Positions 37,300-51,039 are shown, numbered from the stretch's first letter. The stretch: 64,000 bases of DNA from Felis catus (GCF_018350175.1 NC_058368.1:151220001-151284000); one strand, 5' to 3'. Numbers and translations: made by a program. Notes: a model not told the origin generated them from the sequence alone.

Positions 37300-37479
37300 T
37301 CAGAGAAGGATTTCTTGAAGAGATGCTACCCAAACTAAATCCAAGAAGATGAGAAGAAATGAGGAGGTGGGAAAGACACGTAGGCAATGGAGGAAATGAA
37401 TACAAAGACAGAAGCAAGAAGGTACATTGCACAAAATCAGCTACCTTTACTCATTCTTCAGGTCTCAACTTTACCTTAT

Positions 37480-37745
37480 CTTCCCACTAGGTTTCACAGA
37501 GCCTTGCATGGCCTCACATTTCCCTGTGTTTATCCCATCTTAACATCGCCCCCTTCATTGCTATTCATTCAACTGCCTGCTCTTCTTCACTAGACTCTGT
37601 GGGCAGGGTCCATGGTCTCTATAACTGCCCCTCTGTTCCTGGTACCTAGCATGGTGCCTGGCACATCATAGACAGTTGGTAAATATTCATTACCATGAAT
37701 GAGTGCATGAATGAGTGCATGATTCATGCATGAATGAGTGAATGA
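37480..37745 (+). mobile_element. L2 3' fragment
   Basis: 'tacctagcatggtgcctggcacatcatag...taaatatt...tgaatgagtg' terminal repeats. Confidence 0.65.
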
Positions 37746-39098
37746 TTTATTATTATTTTGTTAAATGACAGCATTTAGACATGTTCCTTCCTATATTGAT
37801 CAAAGTGATAATGATTTTCAGGGACTTGACTAAACTTCTTATAAATAGTTATAATATTCAGGCAGTAGAACTGAGTCTTGAGGATTTCAAAGAGTTTTTT
37901 GACTTTCATATGATTAACTAGTTTGAATAGAATTTTCTTGAGCGTGGTTATGTGTTTTCATACACTATATAATCCCAAAGCAGGAAGAGACTTTATTTGT
38001 TGGATGGGTGAGTCTTTGTTTTTTGGAAGACTGAGTCTTTGCTCACTACATCCTTCAAAAGTTTAACATTATAAGCATAAAACTCCAACATAGGTGACTT
38101 TCTGGTGTTTCTTCTACTTTTATGATTTTTGAAATTTCTAATTAAATAATTTTTACATGATTTTTATTGACATTAGTCACAAATTACATTTCATTCGCTC
38201 TGTTATGTGTAATATACTAATCATAGTCCCTGAAAGTTGGGAAAAGATTTTGCTAGATTCAATTACAATGTGTTTTCCACTGAAGTTTTAAATTAAGCCT
38301 CATATTGAAATGAATTGATGAAAAGATGTTTCTGGATGGTTGTGTTCAGTACCTGTTGCTCATTATCATCAGTATTCAAATTTGCAAATATAAAACATAC
38401 CAAATATTAAAATATGAAATGTTTAACTTGAAGAAAATGAATATAAGAACAGAAGAAAATATAACAATGTCTCATGATAAAATCTAGTCCAAAATTCTAT
38501 CCATTATATAAGGATGTTTGTGGGACAGCATGGTTGTGTAGTGGGCCTCTAAAGATCTCTAAGGCAAATCTAAATGTCTTCCCAGAGTGTGTCATAAGTC
38601 CATTTTACATAGTCTTTGTGAACACCTTTTAAATTTATATACTCTTCCAAGTTTAAAATCTCTTTAATTTAATGTATTGCTTTTGATATCATCTAGACAG
38701 AATGGTTTTATTAAGTCCTAATTTTTAGGCTTATTTAGCTTTCTCCAAGTTATCAAATCTATTTTAAACATGCAAATCATTGTTTCATTAATTATGAATA
38801 ATACTTATACATTTTAAACTCTACCTATTGTACATTCAGGACACTTCCCAATAAAATAATTTTTTGAGCAGTTTGTGGAACATCACACAGATGGTACCCT
38901 AAGATATCTGCTTCCTGAAAGAAATTTTGGGGCAATGTAGACATGATAGTAATAATTAAAAATTGCAAAAATGCTACTGTGCTACTGCCTTATTTAAAAT
39001 TTAGTATCTATTGTCATTATCAAAGATTGCGCTTTCCTTTAGATAAAAAAATGTCATATTTCTGTAATAAGTTTTTATTGCCATTAAGGATCAACTTT

Positions 39099-39331
39099 AA
39101 AAAAAAAGTTTTTTGAACGTTTATTCATTTTTTTGAGAGAGAGAGAGCGCGCGCGCGCGCACGCGCGTGATTGGGGGAGGGGCAGAGAGAGAGGGAGACA
39201 CAGAATCCGAAACAAGCTCCAGGTTCTGAGCTGTTAGCACAGAGCCCAATGCAGGGCTTGAACTCACAAACCGTGAGATCATGACCTAAGCCAAAGTTGG
39301 ACGCTTAACTGACTGAGCCACCCAGGCGCCC
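39099..39331 (-). mobile_element. Felid SINE with an internal (GC)7 tract
   Basis: TSD aaggatcaacttt at 39086-39098 and 39332-39344. Confidence 0.95.
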
Positions 39332-39615
39332 AAGGATCAACTTTTAAAGATAAATTGTGCTCTTGCAGTCTTGTGTAAGAAATAGATCTTTATGACTTTT
39401 GTTTCCCATGTAATCATCTTGCATGATTGGTAGAAGGCATATTTCTCTAACTTAAGGGAACAAAGGGGATGTGTGACCTGAGCCATTACAAAGTATGGTT
39501 GTTTGAGACATCCCTGCTTTAGGAGCCTGGCAAGGAGAAGGAAATAACCTTTACTGAGAAGCTTTTTGGAGGTTCTGCTGTTCGAGTAGAAACACAGGAC
39601 TGGAAGAAATCTTCA

Positions 39616-39803
39616 GGGGCGCCTGGGTGGCTCAGTCGGTTGAATGTCCGACTTCAGCTCATGAGTTCAAACCCCGTGTGGGGCTCTGTGCTGACAGCTC
39701 AGAGCCTGGAGCCTGCTTCAGATTGTGTCGCCCTTTCTCTTTGCTCCTCCCCTGCTCACACTGTGTCTCTCTCTCTCAAAAATAAACATTAAAAAAATAA
39801 TAA
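39616..39803 (+). mobile_element. Felid SINE with an internal ~20-nt deletion
   Basis: Reads cttcagctc|atgagttc where other copies carry aggtcatgatctcacggt. TSD-like aagaaa(aa)tcttca on both sides. Confidence 0.92.
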
Positions 39804-41552
39804 AAGAAAAATCTTCAGAAGGTATCTGGTCCATGCTTGTCCTTCTCAGGGAAGGAGGCTTGGGCTTGGTGAGGTTAAGGGACTTGCTCCGAGTTGTGCA
39901 TGATTAATGAGCCTGCGGAAGTGGTGGGGCTCTTACTTGCATCTCCTCCCCCCCACACTTAGGGGTGTGTTTCACACAGTGTGTCCTTCTCTTGGATTCT
40001 TTGGTCCTGAAGAAACTGAGCCAGATGTGAGAAGCCAAATGCTTTTGCATGATTTCATTAGAAAGACACTCTACTGGTTTTGCAGTTTTACCGAGTGGAG
40101 ATTTACTGAGTTGAGAAAACTGAGGAGTTAAGTCTCTCAAACACCAAATTAAATCGACTCCTCATTTAAAAAAAACAAAACAAAACAAAACAAAACTTCC
40201 TTAGAAAACTTTCCCTAAGTTCACCAGAAGCCCAGGCTCCCCTGGGAAAGAAAGCAGGTCGAGGCTTTTCGGTGGGCTGTGCATTGTGCTGTTCTTCTCC
40301 GAGAGCTCAGGAGATTGGCATTGCTCTGCAGTCGTGTCACAGCCCGGAGTCATTTAATGCCTCCTCTTGTGAGGCCAGGATTCCACGCCCAAGTGCATTT
40401 AGTAGGTCAGTACAGTAATTTTAAATGTCTTTCTTTCAATCTTTTGCCATCTTCAATTATACCTTTCCACCCTACTATTTGTGTAATTTTCTTCTGTCTG
40501 AAGTCTCTTTACTGTTGTTCTCTATTGCACAGCATGACAAATTACCCATCAAACCATATCTTTTCAGCCCAGAAATGCGCAATAACACAGAGTCATGGCA
40601 TTATCGCATGTTGTGCACTTTATTTCCTCACAGTTCATTCAAGTGTGTCACTTTATTTTCCTGGCTTCCTTTTGTCATCATGGAGATTAACCATTTTATC
40701 CTTCCTAAACTTTAGAAACAATTAGAATTTCATTATAGTGGAAGGAAGCTGAGAGTGAATGCTTGCTCAGTACTATATGGAGTATACTTTTCATATTATC
40801 GGTGGTAAAATTAAAGTCATGAATCCTGAGTCCTTTTCGGAGGAGAGACTTTAGGGGTTATTATACAGCTGAGTAACCCTGGCTCTGGACAAGAGAATTA
40901 TTTGAGCCTGTGGACACCAAACACATTAACGGTAAGAAACCATTTAGTGTGACATTGAATACCTGATTCTTCTGTTCTCCTGAGAATTACAGAATTCCCT
41001 GGGGCCCATGCATTCGGTACACAAAATCTTTCTTTTCCCTCTTAACTTTGGCTAAATACCAATAGTGTACAGTGTGCAATGAGATACAATAGACATTGCA
41101 AGTATGTGTTAGAAAATCAATTGGAATTGATGCTCTAATCAGCAGGGCTGCAGCTGGTATGTAGACACATCACTGGAAATGGTGATTAAGAGCGTATTCA
41201 AAAGCATTTAAAAAACCCCACAACATTTAGATCACTGTTCAGATAGATTTCTGTTTCACTGGGAGAGTAGATGAGTTGGGTAGCCAGTCATGCTTCTAGA
41301 TTCTGCTAGATTAATTTATATGATGTTTTAACAATCAATATATTTTATATACTAAATGTATAATTTGTTTTCAATTACATATTTATAGGTTATAGGATGC
41401 TGGTTGTTGGTAAACAAAAAAATTCCAAGTTCTTTTGCTACCATCAGTTTACAGCCTGCCAGATACTAAATACAAGCTGCCCCAGAGAAAGGAAAGGGGT
41501 GTGGTTATAGTTTAGCTTTAGTCCGAAAATATATTTAGTAAGGAGATTCAGA

Positions 41553-41566
41553 GGGCAAGGGAAAGG

Positions 41567-41608
<42 letters not shown>

Positions 41609-41682
41609 GGGAGGGAGGGAGAGTGAGAGAAAGACACATAGAGACTGAGAGACAGAAAGAGAAAGAAGGAGGGAGGGAGAGA
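41553..41682 (+). repeat. (GA)n microsatellite and purine-rich low-complexity tract
   Basis: Read directly. Confidence 0.9.
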
Positions 41683-41800
41683 ATGGTAAAAATGTGAAAT
41701 AATCTGGAGGAGAAAAACCAGTAAGATTCATGGTATGGCAAAGGAGGTTCTCAGAATTTAAAGAAATGGAACAATAGCTGTCTTACCCAGGCATTTCCTC

Positions 41801-41988
41801 CCCATGAGCAAGTAATTAGCTAAACATGTTAGCTAAAAAAATTCTTCGGGGGAAACTTAAGGATGAAAAGAGGCTTGAACTAGAAAGGGTTGGTTGCTTT
41901 TATGAAATTATTCATTTTCTAATCTGGATCCACATTTTCCTGTGAACACCTTTAGGTTGTACTAAAAATATAGTGATTGAAAGTTCAA
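41801..41988 (+). repeat. Copy 1 of a degenerate ~190-bp dispersed direct repeat
   Basis: Shares collinear exact blocks with 45430-45613. Confidence 0.85.
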
Positions 41989-42629
41989 CCATATACATAA
42001 TTTTCAATTTTAAGTGTTTTTATAAATAGAGAATATGCTGGGTGTTTAAAATAAATCCAGGAACAGAGGTCCTGCCTTTTTATCTCTACATTGTCTTTGA
42101 CATTCAGCAAAGCGCTAGTCTAGAAGTATCAAAGCCCAACTAGATGATGGAAGAAGGCACCAAAACTATGGAATGTGAGTGTCTTTCAGAAATAGGGTCT
42201 ATCACAGAAAAGGCAAGCTATTGATATTATCTGGAGCTTGGGATTTCATGAAGGCAAACTGCTATTGAGAGAAAAAGGCTGGTACTTTAAGCATTTGACA
42301 GTAGTTTTTTAAACCATAGAACACATCAAGCCTTCCCATATATGATTTTAACTAGCAGCCAGTTAAAAAAAAAAGGGCAAGTGAGAGAATTCTAAGGAAT
42401 GAAAGAGGAAATAGCAATAAAAATTAAAACTGTAGAGAACTTACTAGTTTTCAAACTACCTTTGAATGTATTTTTCCCTATGTTCGTCACAAACTGCCTG
42501 CAGATAAAATAGGACAGGAGATGTTAAAGTTTTTTCAATAGATGGAGGAAACAAGACTCAATAGAAAAGGGACTTAACGGAAGTCATATAAGCAAGTGGA
42601 CAAAGCATTGCTGGAACTGAGGTCTCTAG

Positions 42630-42906
42630 ACCTGTGCTGTACATTGTGGCAACCAGTAGCCAAGTGGGGCTGTTGAGCACTTGAAATGTGCTTAGTCCTA
42701 TTTGAGATGTGCTATAAGTATAAAATACATATCAGATTCCAAAAACTTAATACAAAGACAAAGGAATATTTTATATTACCTTAGGGATATGTTGGGTTAA
42801 ATAAAATATATTATCAAAATTAATGTTTCTACTTTTAATATGACTGCTAGAAATTTTAAGGTCACTTATATGGCTTGTGTTTATGGCTTGCATTGTATTT
42901 GTATTG
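42630..42906. mobile_element. MER33-like hAT-Charlie element
   Basis: 'gttgagcacttgaaatgtg...tgagatgtgctataagtataaaataca...ggatatgttgggttaaataaaatatatta...gactgctagaaattttaa'. Confidence 0.75.
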
Positions 42907-45429
42907 TTACTTTAGGTGCCTTTTCTGGTATTCTTACAGAAAATAAAGGGAGAGAGAAAACAGAGAAAAACAGGAGAGAGAATTGGATATCCCACAGTTT
43001 GAAGGACTCATTCTTCAATGATAAAAGTGTCTTAATTTTATTTATCATTTTGGTTGAAATCAACTCAATAAAAAAAAAACATTGAATACCTACTATTTAT
43101 AACAGTGATTGTACACATTAAGTTCAGCATATTTTAAGGAGAAGGTCAAAGCCTCATAACAGAGGGAGATAATATCTTTTCTAGAATTATCTAACCATAT
43201 CCACATGAGAGCAATCATATAAAAGATTCTCTCGTTAGACTGTCAGGTCTGTTCTAAAGGAACCATAACTAGGGTAGATGTGAAAGAACTGAGATTTTTT
43301 TGGCTAGGTAAGTACACTGGTATCATACACCCAAGGGCATTTTGGCAGGTGCATGGGGGCGGGGCGGGGTGGGGGGGCGGACAGAGGGAGGGATACATGG
43401 TCTCCATAGAGCATGTCCAAGCAGATTCCATTCACGCAGAGGAGGACCTTGGCTGAGGAGAAATGAGTGAAGCACATTAAGGAATAGCTGTATGAAAACG
43501 CAGCTCAGAGTAGGAATAAAGGAAATGTTGAAAAACTAATGAACCATAAGATCTCTATAATAGTCTCTTAATAGGTACATTGTTGAGTAACACTGGTGTG
43601 TGCTAGATTAGTTATAACTTGTTATATCCGATTTCATGAGGCATATGGCAGTGCACACCTAGTTCTCGAGGAAAGGACTGAACCTACTGTTGTCACTTAG
43701 AACACACCCTAGTAATTACTGCTACAGATTCCAGTCTCAGAAAATATTAATATTTTTCCCATAACAGTTTTCGAAACCTGGAGTGCAACAAAGGAAAATA
43801 GAATGATGATTGCAATTTTCAAGGTTTGTGTGGAAGGGGGAAAATACACTTGTGTGATATCTTAAATGAAATTCCACTTTTAAAATTCTAGATATATTTG
43901 AAATCTGTCATTTTAAAATTAATAACTGTTTTCCTTTAACGCAGTCTGTGTAAAGAAACCCAATCCACTTCTGAACAGTTCCCTGCCTTCCCAGATACAT
44001 GGAAATTCACTACTGTTGCTGACAAACAAAATGCCACAAGATTTGTCATACAAATCACATTATAAGAGGTTCCAAAAACTTGACAACGTTGACAGTTGTT
44101 TTCAGCAAATGGCTGCTTTACTCTGTACTGTCAATGTTGATGTCCTTGTGCACATGTAAAAGAGCAATGTGATTAAGGCAAGCTTGTCCACGCTATATCT
44201 GAGCCAAGTTTTCCGTCTCCGCGTGGCACTGAAAGATTGCTCAGCTGTTGCAGATAAGGCAGGAATAGCTAGCAGATTTCTGCCATTTAAAAAAAAAACA
44301 TTCTCTGGGCATGCATTTCTGTAGGAATTTACCAACATCTGCTGCTGACCTAAAGTTTTCTATAGAAGTGGCATATTTAATTTATACAAGTAATTCACAA
44401 TGGTATTGGTCAAGCCTGATTTCCTTAGGAAATAATGAGTTGCGTTCACCAAGAAGAGATGAGTTGAAGTCTAATATTTATATTCTCTAAATTGTCATTG
44501 GAGCTTCAGCCCTCATACTTTTTTGGCCCGTCTTACATTTATTTTCTGCATGTTCTCTAAATTATATTTCAGCAGAGAAACTTTTTAGAAGGAAGAATAA
44601 AGAGCTAAGAGGTTTTGGTGATTCCACAGAAGGCCTACACTTCACACTTATCTTTTTTTTATAGGCTCTCTGAAAATGTTTGATTTTTGGAAGCTAATTT
44701 ATTCTGGGAGAATTTTGTAGTTGATTTTAGATGAAATTTTAGTGTGATTTAAATTTGTCCTATGTGCTATCCTCAAAAGAACATACAGGATTTAGGTATT
44801 TCCCATTGTCAAGGTAACTTGATAACCTCTCATTACTTTGATTTGGACATCATTTACTTAACCATTTTATTTGCTACTGCTCAATTCTGTAATTTGTTCT
44901 GTGCATGTTTATACTATTTTCATTTAGTTTCTTTTAAAATATGAATGCTTCTCAGGTAAAAATACAAGCCTTCAATTAGTCCTGGCAATTCAAACCTGTC
45001 TCGTAATGCATTTGTTATTTGATTCATCTATTCTTATTCTTGGTCACCTTCTTGTACAGCTGCATGCTTTAACTGTCTGACTTGTCTTTGAAAATCTTAA
45101 GCCACATTCTTTGGAACAGTTGCTTCATGTTGGTTGAAATTCTCTGTGGCACTTTTTTCCATTCACAGGAGCCAACAGCCACCATAGCAGACACATAGTT
45201 TCCAAGAACTTAGGCATGGTTCATGATTCCTGAATCTCAACAATTTCTTGCAGGAATCAGAATACCGTGTATAGTGTCTGAAACCTTTGTGCTATAAATC
45301 ATAATAAACAAGTATACACTTATACAGTAAGGTTCAATTAGCATACATAATTTTTAAATGTTTTCCTTCTTGAAACTAGCAAAGGCACACAATTTGAAAT
45401 CCCACTAATGAAATAAATTAATCCAATGG

Positions 45430-45613
45430 CCCAAGCAAGTAATTACCTAAATATATTAGCAAGAAATTCTTTTAGGAAAAATTAAGGATAAAAAGCGATT
45501 TGAACCAAAAAGGGTAGTGGCTTCTGAAACAACTCTTTATTTTCTAATACAGATCCACATTTTCCTGTGAATACTGTTATATTGTACTAAAAATATAGCA
45601 ATTGAAAGTTCAA
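45430..45613 (+). repeat. Copy 2 of a degenerate ~190-bp dispersed direct repeat
   Basis: Shares collinear exact blocks with 41801-41988. Confidence 0.85.
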
Positions 45614-47069
45614 ATTTTAAGTTCCAAATTACCGCCTTTCAGATCCAGTGAGGCATCTAAAAAATGGGTCAAGGTAACAATGCATAATTTGAAAAGTTAA
45701 CAAAAAGTTGCTAATGGAAGTAATGTGAAAACCAATATAATTGCATAACCTGTCTTATTTCCATTGTCAATGAAGCTTATTAGGTAGCAGAAATCCTTGT
45801 GAAATATTTGCCAGAGCCAGCATCTTTATTTTCATGTAGCCGAGGGAAAAGAAAGGAGACATTTCCCATAGAGTGTTTAGATCCTCTGATTAAGCAACTG
45901 ATTAAAAAAACATGAGTGCTTTATAAAAAAAGAGTTGGAGTAAATACAGAGAAGCAAAATATGTATCAATAGAGAAGAGCATGCAGGCAGGAAAAACATG
46001 GACTTGCTCTTTTTTTTCCTGCTGAGTTCCATTTTCACATATTTTAATTTTATATACTTCCATTAGAATTATATTGATAATGACTTTTTCTACATGAATA
46101 ACAGCATTTGGAATGGAAATAAGTTAACAGTATCTTATTTACGAGTTTTTTTTTTTGAAGTTTTGGTCTCAGCCTCTTTAATTTTGAATTTATTTTTAAT
46201 TCGAGAAGTGCATAATTTTTCAGGAACTCAGATCTTCTTGCTGCCAATATCTTCCCAAAGGCTTTGGTTCAATCCATTTATACTTATGTCACTTACAGAC
46301 AAAAGCAAAGTGTGACAAAAAATACCATTATTTGTATGTACAGAGTGAAAAGAAATTCTTTTTTTCTCAGTAAATACTTGTAATCACATTCTTTAGTACA
46401 CATTTTGAGCCACCTCCTGACACAGTAGCTGTCAGGAGAGAAGTGAAGATAAGTTATTCTTCACCGACTTCTGTGAGATATCAGAAATATATCATGTAAG
46501 TAACTCAAACAATTGCACTTCCCATTATCCTATCACTCCTCAAGGCCATAAAACTCCAATTTGCAAAGTGACTGGATTTTACTGGGGGATGAAGGAGGAT
46601 GTGACTGTTTCTCATTTGCTTTTGAACTTTCTCATGATACTGAGAATTTCATGAGACAAAAGTGATGTTATCAATCATGTTATAAATACTTACATGAAAG
46701 TTTTATTATGTTTTTCTGGGTTTGTAAGATGAAATCCCTTTTACTGAATATTTCCAGTGTTCAGGGATATTTTCCTGGTAGGTTGGATTCTGTGTCTTTT
46801 GGGTATGCTGCAAAAGGTTAGCCAGGGTTTGAGAGTGAAATTCGGTTTAAAATAAATGGCTGCTTGCCCTAGGACTGGAGAGGCTTTCTGTCCAGGGCTT
46901 GAGTCTTCCACAAGAGGCCCAGGGCCACTCTGCCCTCACTGTATTTCTGGAGAGTGGGGATGTGCAAACACCTGTAAAGAGAGTGAGGGTAGAGTATAAC
47001 GAAGTACATCGCAAAATTTTTAAATTGCACGTTTTGTTCTTTTGATGGATTATCAAATATGATTGAGAA

Positions 47070-47530
47070 GCTACCATGGCCTGCTGTCACCTACATGATA
47101 AAGTCTAAATTCCTCAGCGTGGCACAGAATGGTTCCATGCTTCACCTACTCTTGGTATCATCTACACTACTTCATAGCTACACTAAGCTATGAATTATTG
47201 AATTAATATTAACCATGTTTTGACCATAGCCGGAATGTCTTCTGACACAAAAGCATTTCAGTTTTATCCACCTTTGGGACGTGTATCCATTCTTTCAAGA
47301 TAGGGTTCAAATGACATCTCTTTGGTCAGGAGGTCCTTCTGCTTTATCCCTGTTTTTGGCATTTATTCTATTCATGCTGTATCAGACTGTACAGTACTTG
47401 AACATATGTTTATCTCCCAAGCTAGACTATGAGCCTTTTGATGTAGGGGTAGCATATTTATTTTCATGGTCCTTGGGTCTTGCATAGTACCTGGCTGATG
47501 ATAGGTGCCATATAAATATTTGTTAATGGA
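47070..47530 (+). mobile_element. L2 fragment
   Basis: 'ataaagtctaaattcctcagcgtggcac...tctcccaagctagactatgagc...gcatagtacctggc...ataaatatttgtt'. Confidence 0.65.
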
Positions 47531-50500
47531 GATGTAGCTTTGTACAACATCTGCACCCCAGCCTCTCATCATTAGTGAGAGCTCACCTATCATCAGAATC
47601 TCTCATAACAGACGTGTTGGGAAAGCTATCTACAAACGAAAACACTCTCCATGCAAATCATTGACATTCAAGAGCCCTCACAAGGTTCATTTACCTTAAA
47701 TAATGTGCTTATTTTCATGTGCAGTTCATTTTGTGGAGCCAGCATCATTGCTTTTAGCATAACACTTCATATAGGAGAACTAATTCTGATACATGACAAC
47801 TCATAAAAAAATAGCAGAACCACCTGCCCACCATTTTTACTTAAAAGTATTCATTGCAGCTCAGAACTTGAGTTCATAGAGAAAATTAACTGTAAAGCCT
47901 AAAATACTAATAATTTATGTAACAACTGACCAGTATTTCAAACATTCAGACCATAGCAAGGAATTAAGAGATAATCAAAAGGGGATTTCAATTCAAAGCA
48001 AACAAGTCCACAATATCAATAATGGTAGAAAAGTGCTTAATGCTTCTCCCCACACAGTGCCTACTCATTTTACTGTTCTAACAAGCTTTTGTTTGTTCCA
48101 CACCTTTAGGAGATTAGAAGGAACAAATTCCTCCAATTTGGAATTACAGGTTGTTTAGATTCAGGAAAATGAAAGAAATGAGAAATGCCAGCTGATAATC
48201 TGATTCTAGAATGTCAGAGAAAGTAATATTAAAAAAATAGAAGATTTAAGAAAAAGGTTTAATTGTTTGTGGAACATTTCAGTATAGTTCCATCTCATCT
48301 AGCTTCACCTTGAATTAAGGCTAATCTTGTTAGGGGTTCCTTGCTTCCTTCTCTACTCTCTCACACACCTATCCATTTCTCTCCTTCTCACAAAATCCTT
48401 TCCCTGTCTTTGTTCTGTTAAATACACACCATCCAACTTCCCAAAACCTTAGTGTGCGCCTTTAGAGGTGAGCACATATGAAGATTAAAGCATGGGGTCA
48501 ATATATAAATAAAACATTTGGGTACTTCACTACCAAGCCACACACAGACACACAGACAGACAGACACCCGATCTAAAAACCTCTGCTTCTGGATCTCTGT
48601 AGCTCCCACTGGTTCCCCATGGAGGTCCCAGATGTGTCCAATCTTTACTTGACTTCTCAGTGGACCTGCTGCTTAGGTGCCTTCAACACCTGTCCTGCGA
48701 CCAGTGGGTCTGCTGGTCTCAGGGCATGCCATTCCACTGCTGGCTCATTCTGGAAAACTTGACCATGGAAGATAACCATTAGCAACTCTGGATTCTGTAG
48801 CTGACTCACTGGAAATGTCCAGTGAAATATGGAGTGACAATGACTTTCGAAACACAGCGGAGCAGTAAAGATTGTCACAGAAACCTTGGAATTTTCACAG
48901 CAGTATTGTCTTTTAGGCCACAGTTACGATGGAGACAATCTCTCCTTGCCAAAGAATGACTCTCCGCTAAAATATGCCATATTGTGAGTTTCTTTGCTTG
49001 TCTTGGTGGCTGTCACAAACCTCCATAGACAGAATTCTTAAGCATGGATGTGTGGGTCTGTTCCGCTCTGCCGCCCAAATGAAGAGTATGCCTGGGGCTT
49101 TAATTTGTGTAGTGTTGCCGTGCTGACTATGAATTTTGAACGACTGTTGTTACCACCTTCCACTTAGTGATAATTTACCATTCTTGTTCTATTCCATGCT
49201 TGTGTTTTAGATCAAGTTCTTATGGTACAATTTAAGCGCTTTTATGTGCATTCCTGCTTGCTTAGATAAAATTACAACACATGGCTTAATTAGTAAGATG
49301 TGTACATTCATGAAGGAAGGCACACTTCCCACCGATTTCTTTCCCCATTCCCAGCAAATTGCATCATGAAAATGTTTTGGAAAAGGAACGGTGTCATTCT
49401 CTGAGTGGTATTGATTATTATTTAGTAGTTCTGTGAAGTGAACAATTTTTTTTTGAAGTGAACAATTTAATAATTGAGTGATTCTAACAAAACCCTACCA
49501 TTCATCTTGGTGGCAAACATCATCTTTGTAATCCAGTAACTTCCACCATAAGGATTATCACCAGTATGTGACTAGATAGCCACCTGAGGATAAGTTTGAA
49601 ACCCTTTATGAACTGAACATTATTCTCATTATTTGTCAACTGTTTGATATTCTCCTATCCACTTCTTGGGGTCCTGAGAGCTTGTGGCCTAAAATGCAAA
49701 TAACCATTTTAGGATTAACCTGTTAAACAGATACAGTTAATGCCGTAATTAGAGTTGTTGGTCAGGTTGTTGGTCACTTTGGTGAAGATAAGTCTGAGGA
49801 AATAGGATACAGAAATGTCAGCTGGAAGAGACAACAAAGGTTGTCTTGAGAAAGGTTCTGAGAGTAATACCTGGAGGCTCTAAATCTGTCTATTATTTAT
49901 TTTATCTAAGTTATAAAAAAATCATTACACACTAGTTACATACTTAATTTATTGAATCAGGCTGGAGCTATCTCTATTTTTTTTTTAAGGACGTGTATTC
50001 TCAGGGTATTTTATTTGAACTTACACATTCATTATTTTTTTTTAATTATGAAAATGTTATGGTTTCTCTAACTATTTAATTCCATGTAAATAGGTGATTT
50101 CATCACAGGTGACCTCTAATGTTCCTTTCAGCCCTAACTTCTTTGATTCTTTCCTTATACTTTTTCCTTAGGACATTTCTCAGGATGTTTGGATCTGTTC
50201 TCCTTTGGGTAGTGGTGCCGAGTTGGTGGCTTATCTATTTGAGGTTGTCAGTTTATGGACAGTCTTAATGGGCAGTCTTACCTGATCCTATCAAGATAAC
50301 CGTTTAGTAAAGTTTTTTTTTTTTTGAGGGGGGCATAAGTTTGGAAGATCTCTTCATTATACTTGGCTCAGCATATGGCATTGTACACAGATTTTCTTGC
50401 CTTTCACTTTATTGTGTTTCTAAATTTTTATAGATAACAGGAAGCACCGACACCTTTAAGAGGGATTTATTATAGACTTGCTTATTTTTCTTGTTGTATT

Positions 50501-50821
50501 TCTTAAAACCTGTGTCAGAAAAATACAGTGCCTAGAACCAGGCAGACTGGAGATTTCTAATTTTAAAGTACCCTGTGAATATTCATAGATATATGTAATT
50601 TTTATGTAAGGGTAACTCAGAATTTCTCTAATGCCTATGCAACTTCTAATAAACATTTTAAAAACTGGAAATTCAGTATTTAAGGTGAAAAATTTTTGAA
50701 AAAAGTTTGAAAAATTTCCAGAAAGAAATGGATTGATTTCATAAAAGTTACTAATTTCATTGACATGAAGTAAAGTGTGTCATAAATAGTAAGAAGTTTG
50801 TTATGCCCTCTTGTTGATTTA

Positions 50822-51039
50822 TTTTAAATTTTTTTTTCAACGTTTATTTATTTTTGGGACAGAGAGAGACAGAGCATGACGGCGGAGGGGCAGAGAGAGA
50901 GGGAGACACAGAATCGGAAACAGGCTCCAGGCTCCGAGCCATCAGCCCAGAGCCCGACGCGGGGCTTGAACTCACGGACCGCGAGATGGTGACCTGGTTG
51001 AAGTCGGACGCTTAACCGACTGCGCCACCCAGGCACCCC
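50822..51039 (-). mobile_element. Young felid SINE (SINEC_Fc)
   Basis: CpG-rich. TSD ccctcttgttgattta at 50806-50821 and 51042-51057. Confidence 0.96.

Noticed and set aside
37694..37745. CATGAATGAGTG tandem copies with a 14-bp palindrome ATTCATGCATGAAT
   Set aside because: Explained by slippage of the L2 3'-terminal (TGAA)n repeat.
40279..40725. 148-aa ORF
   Set aside because: GTG start, no recognisable family, composition typical of non-coding DNA, and no convincing exon structure.
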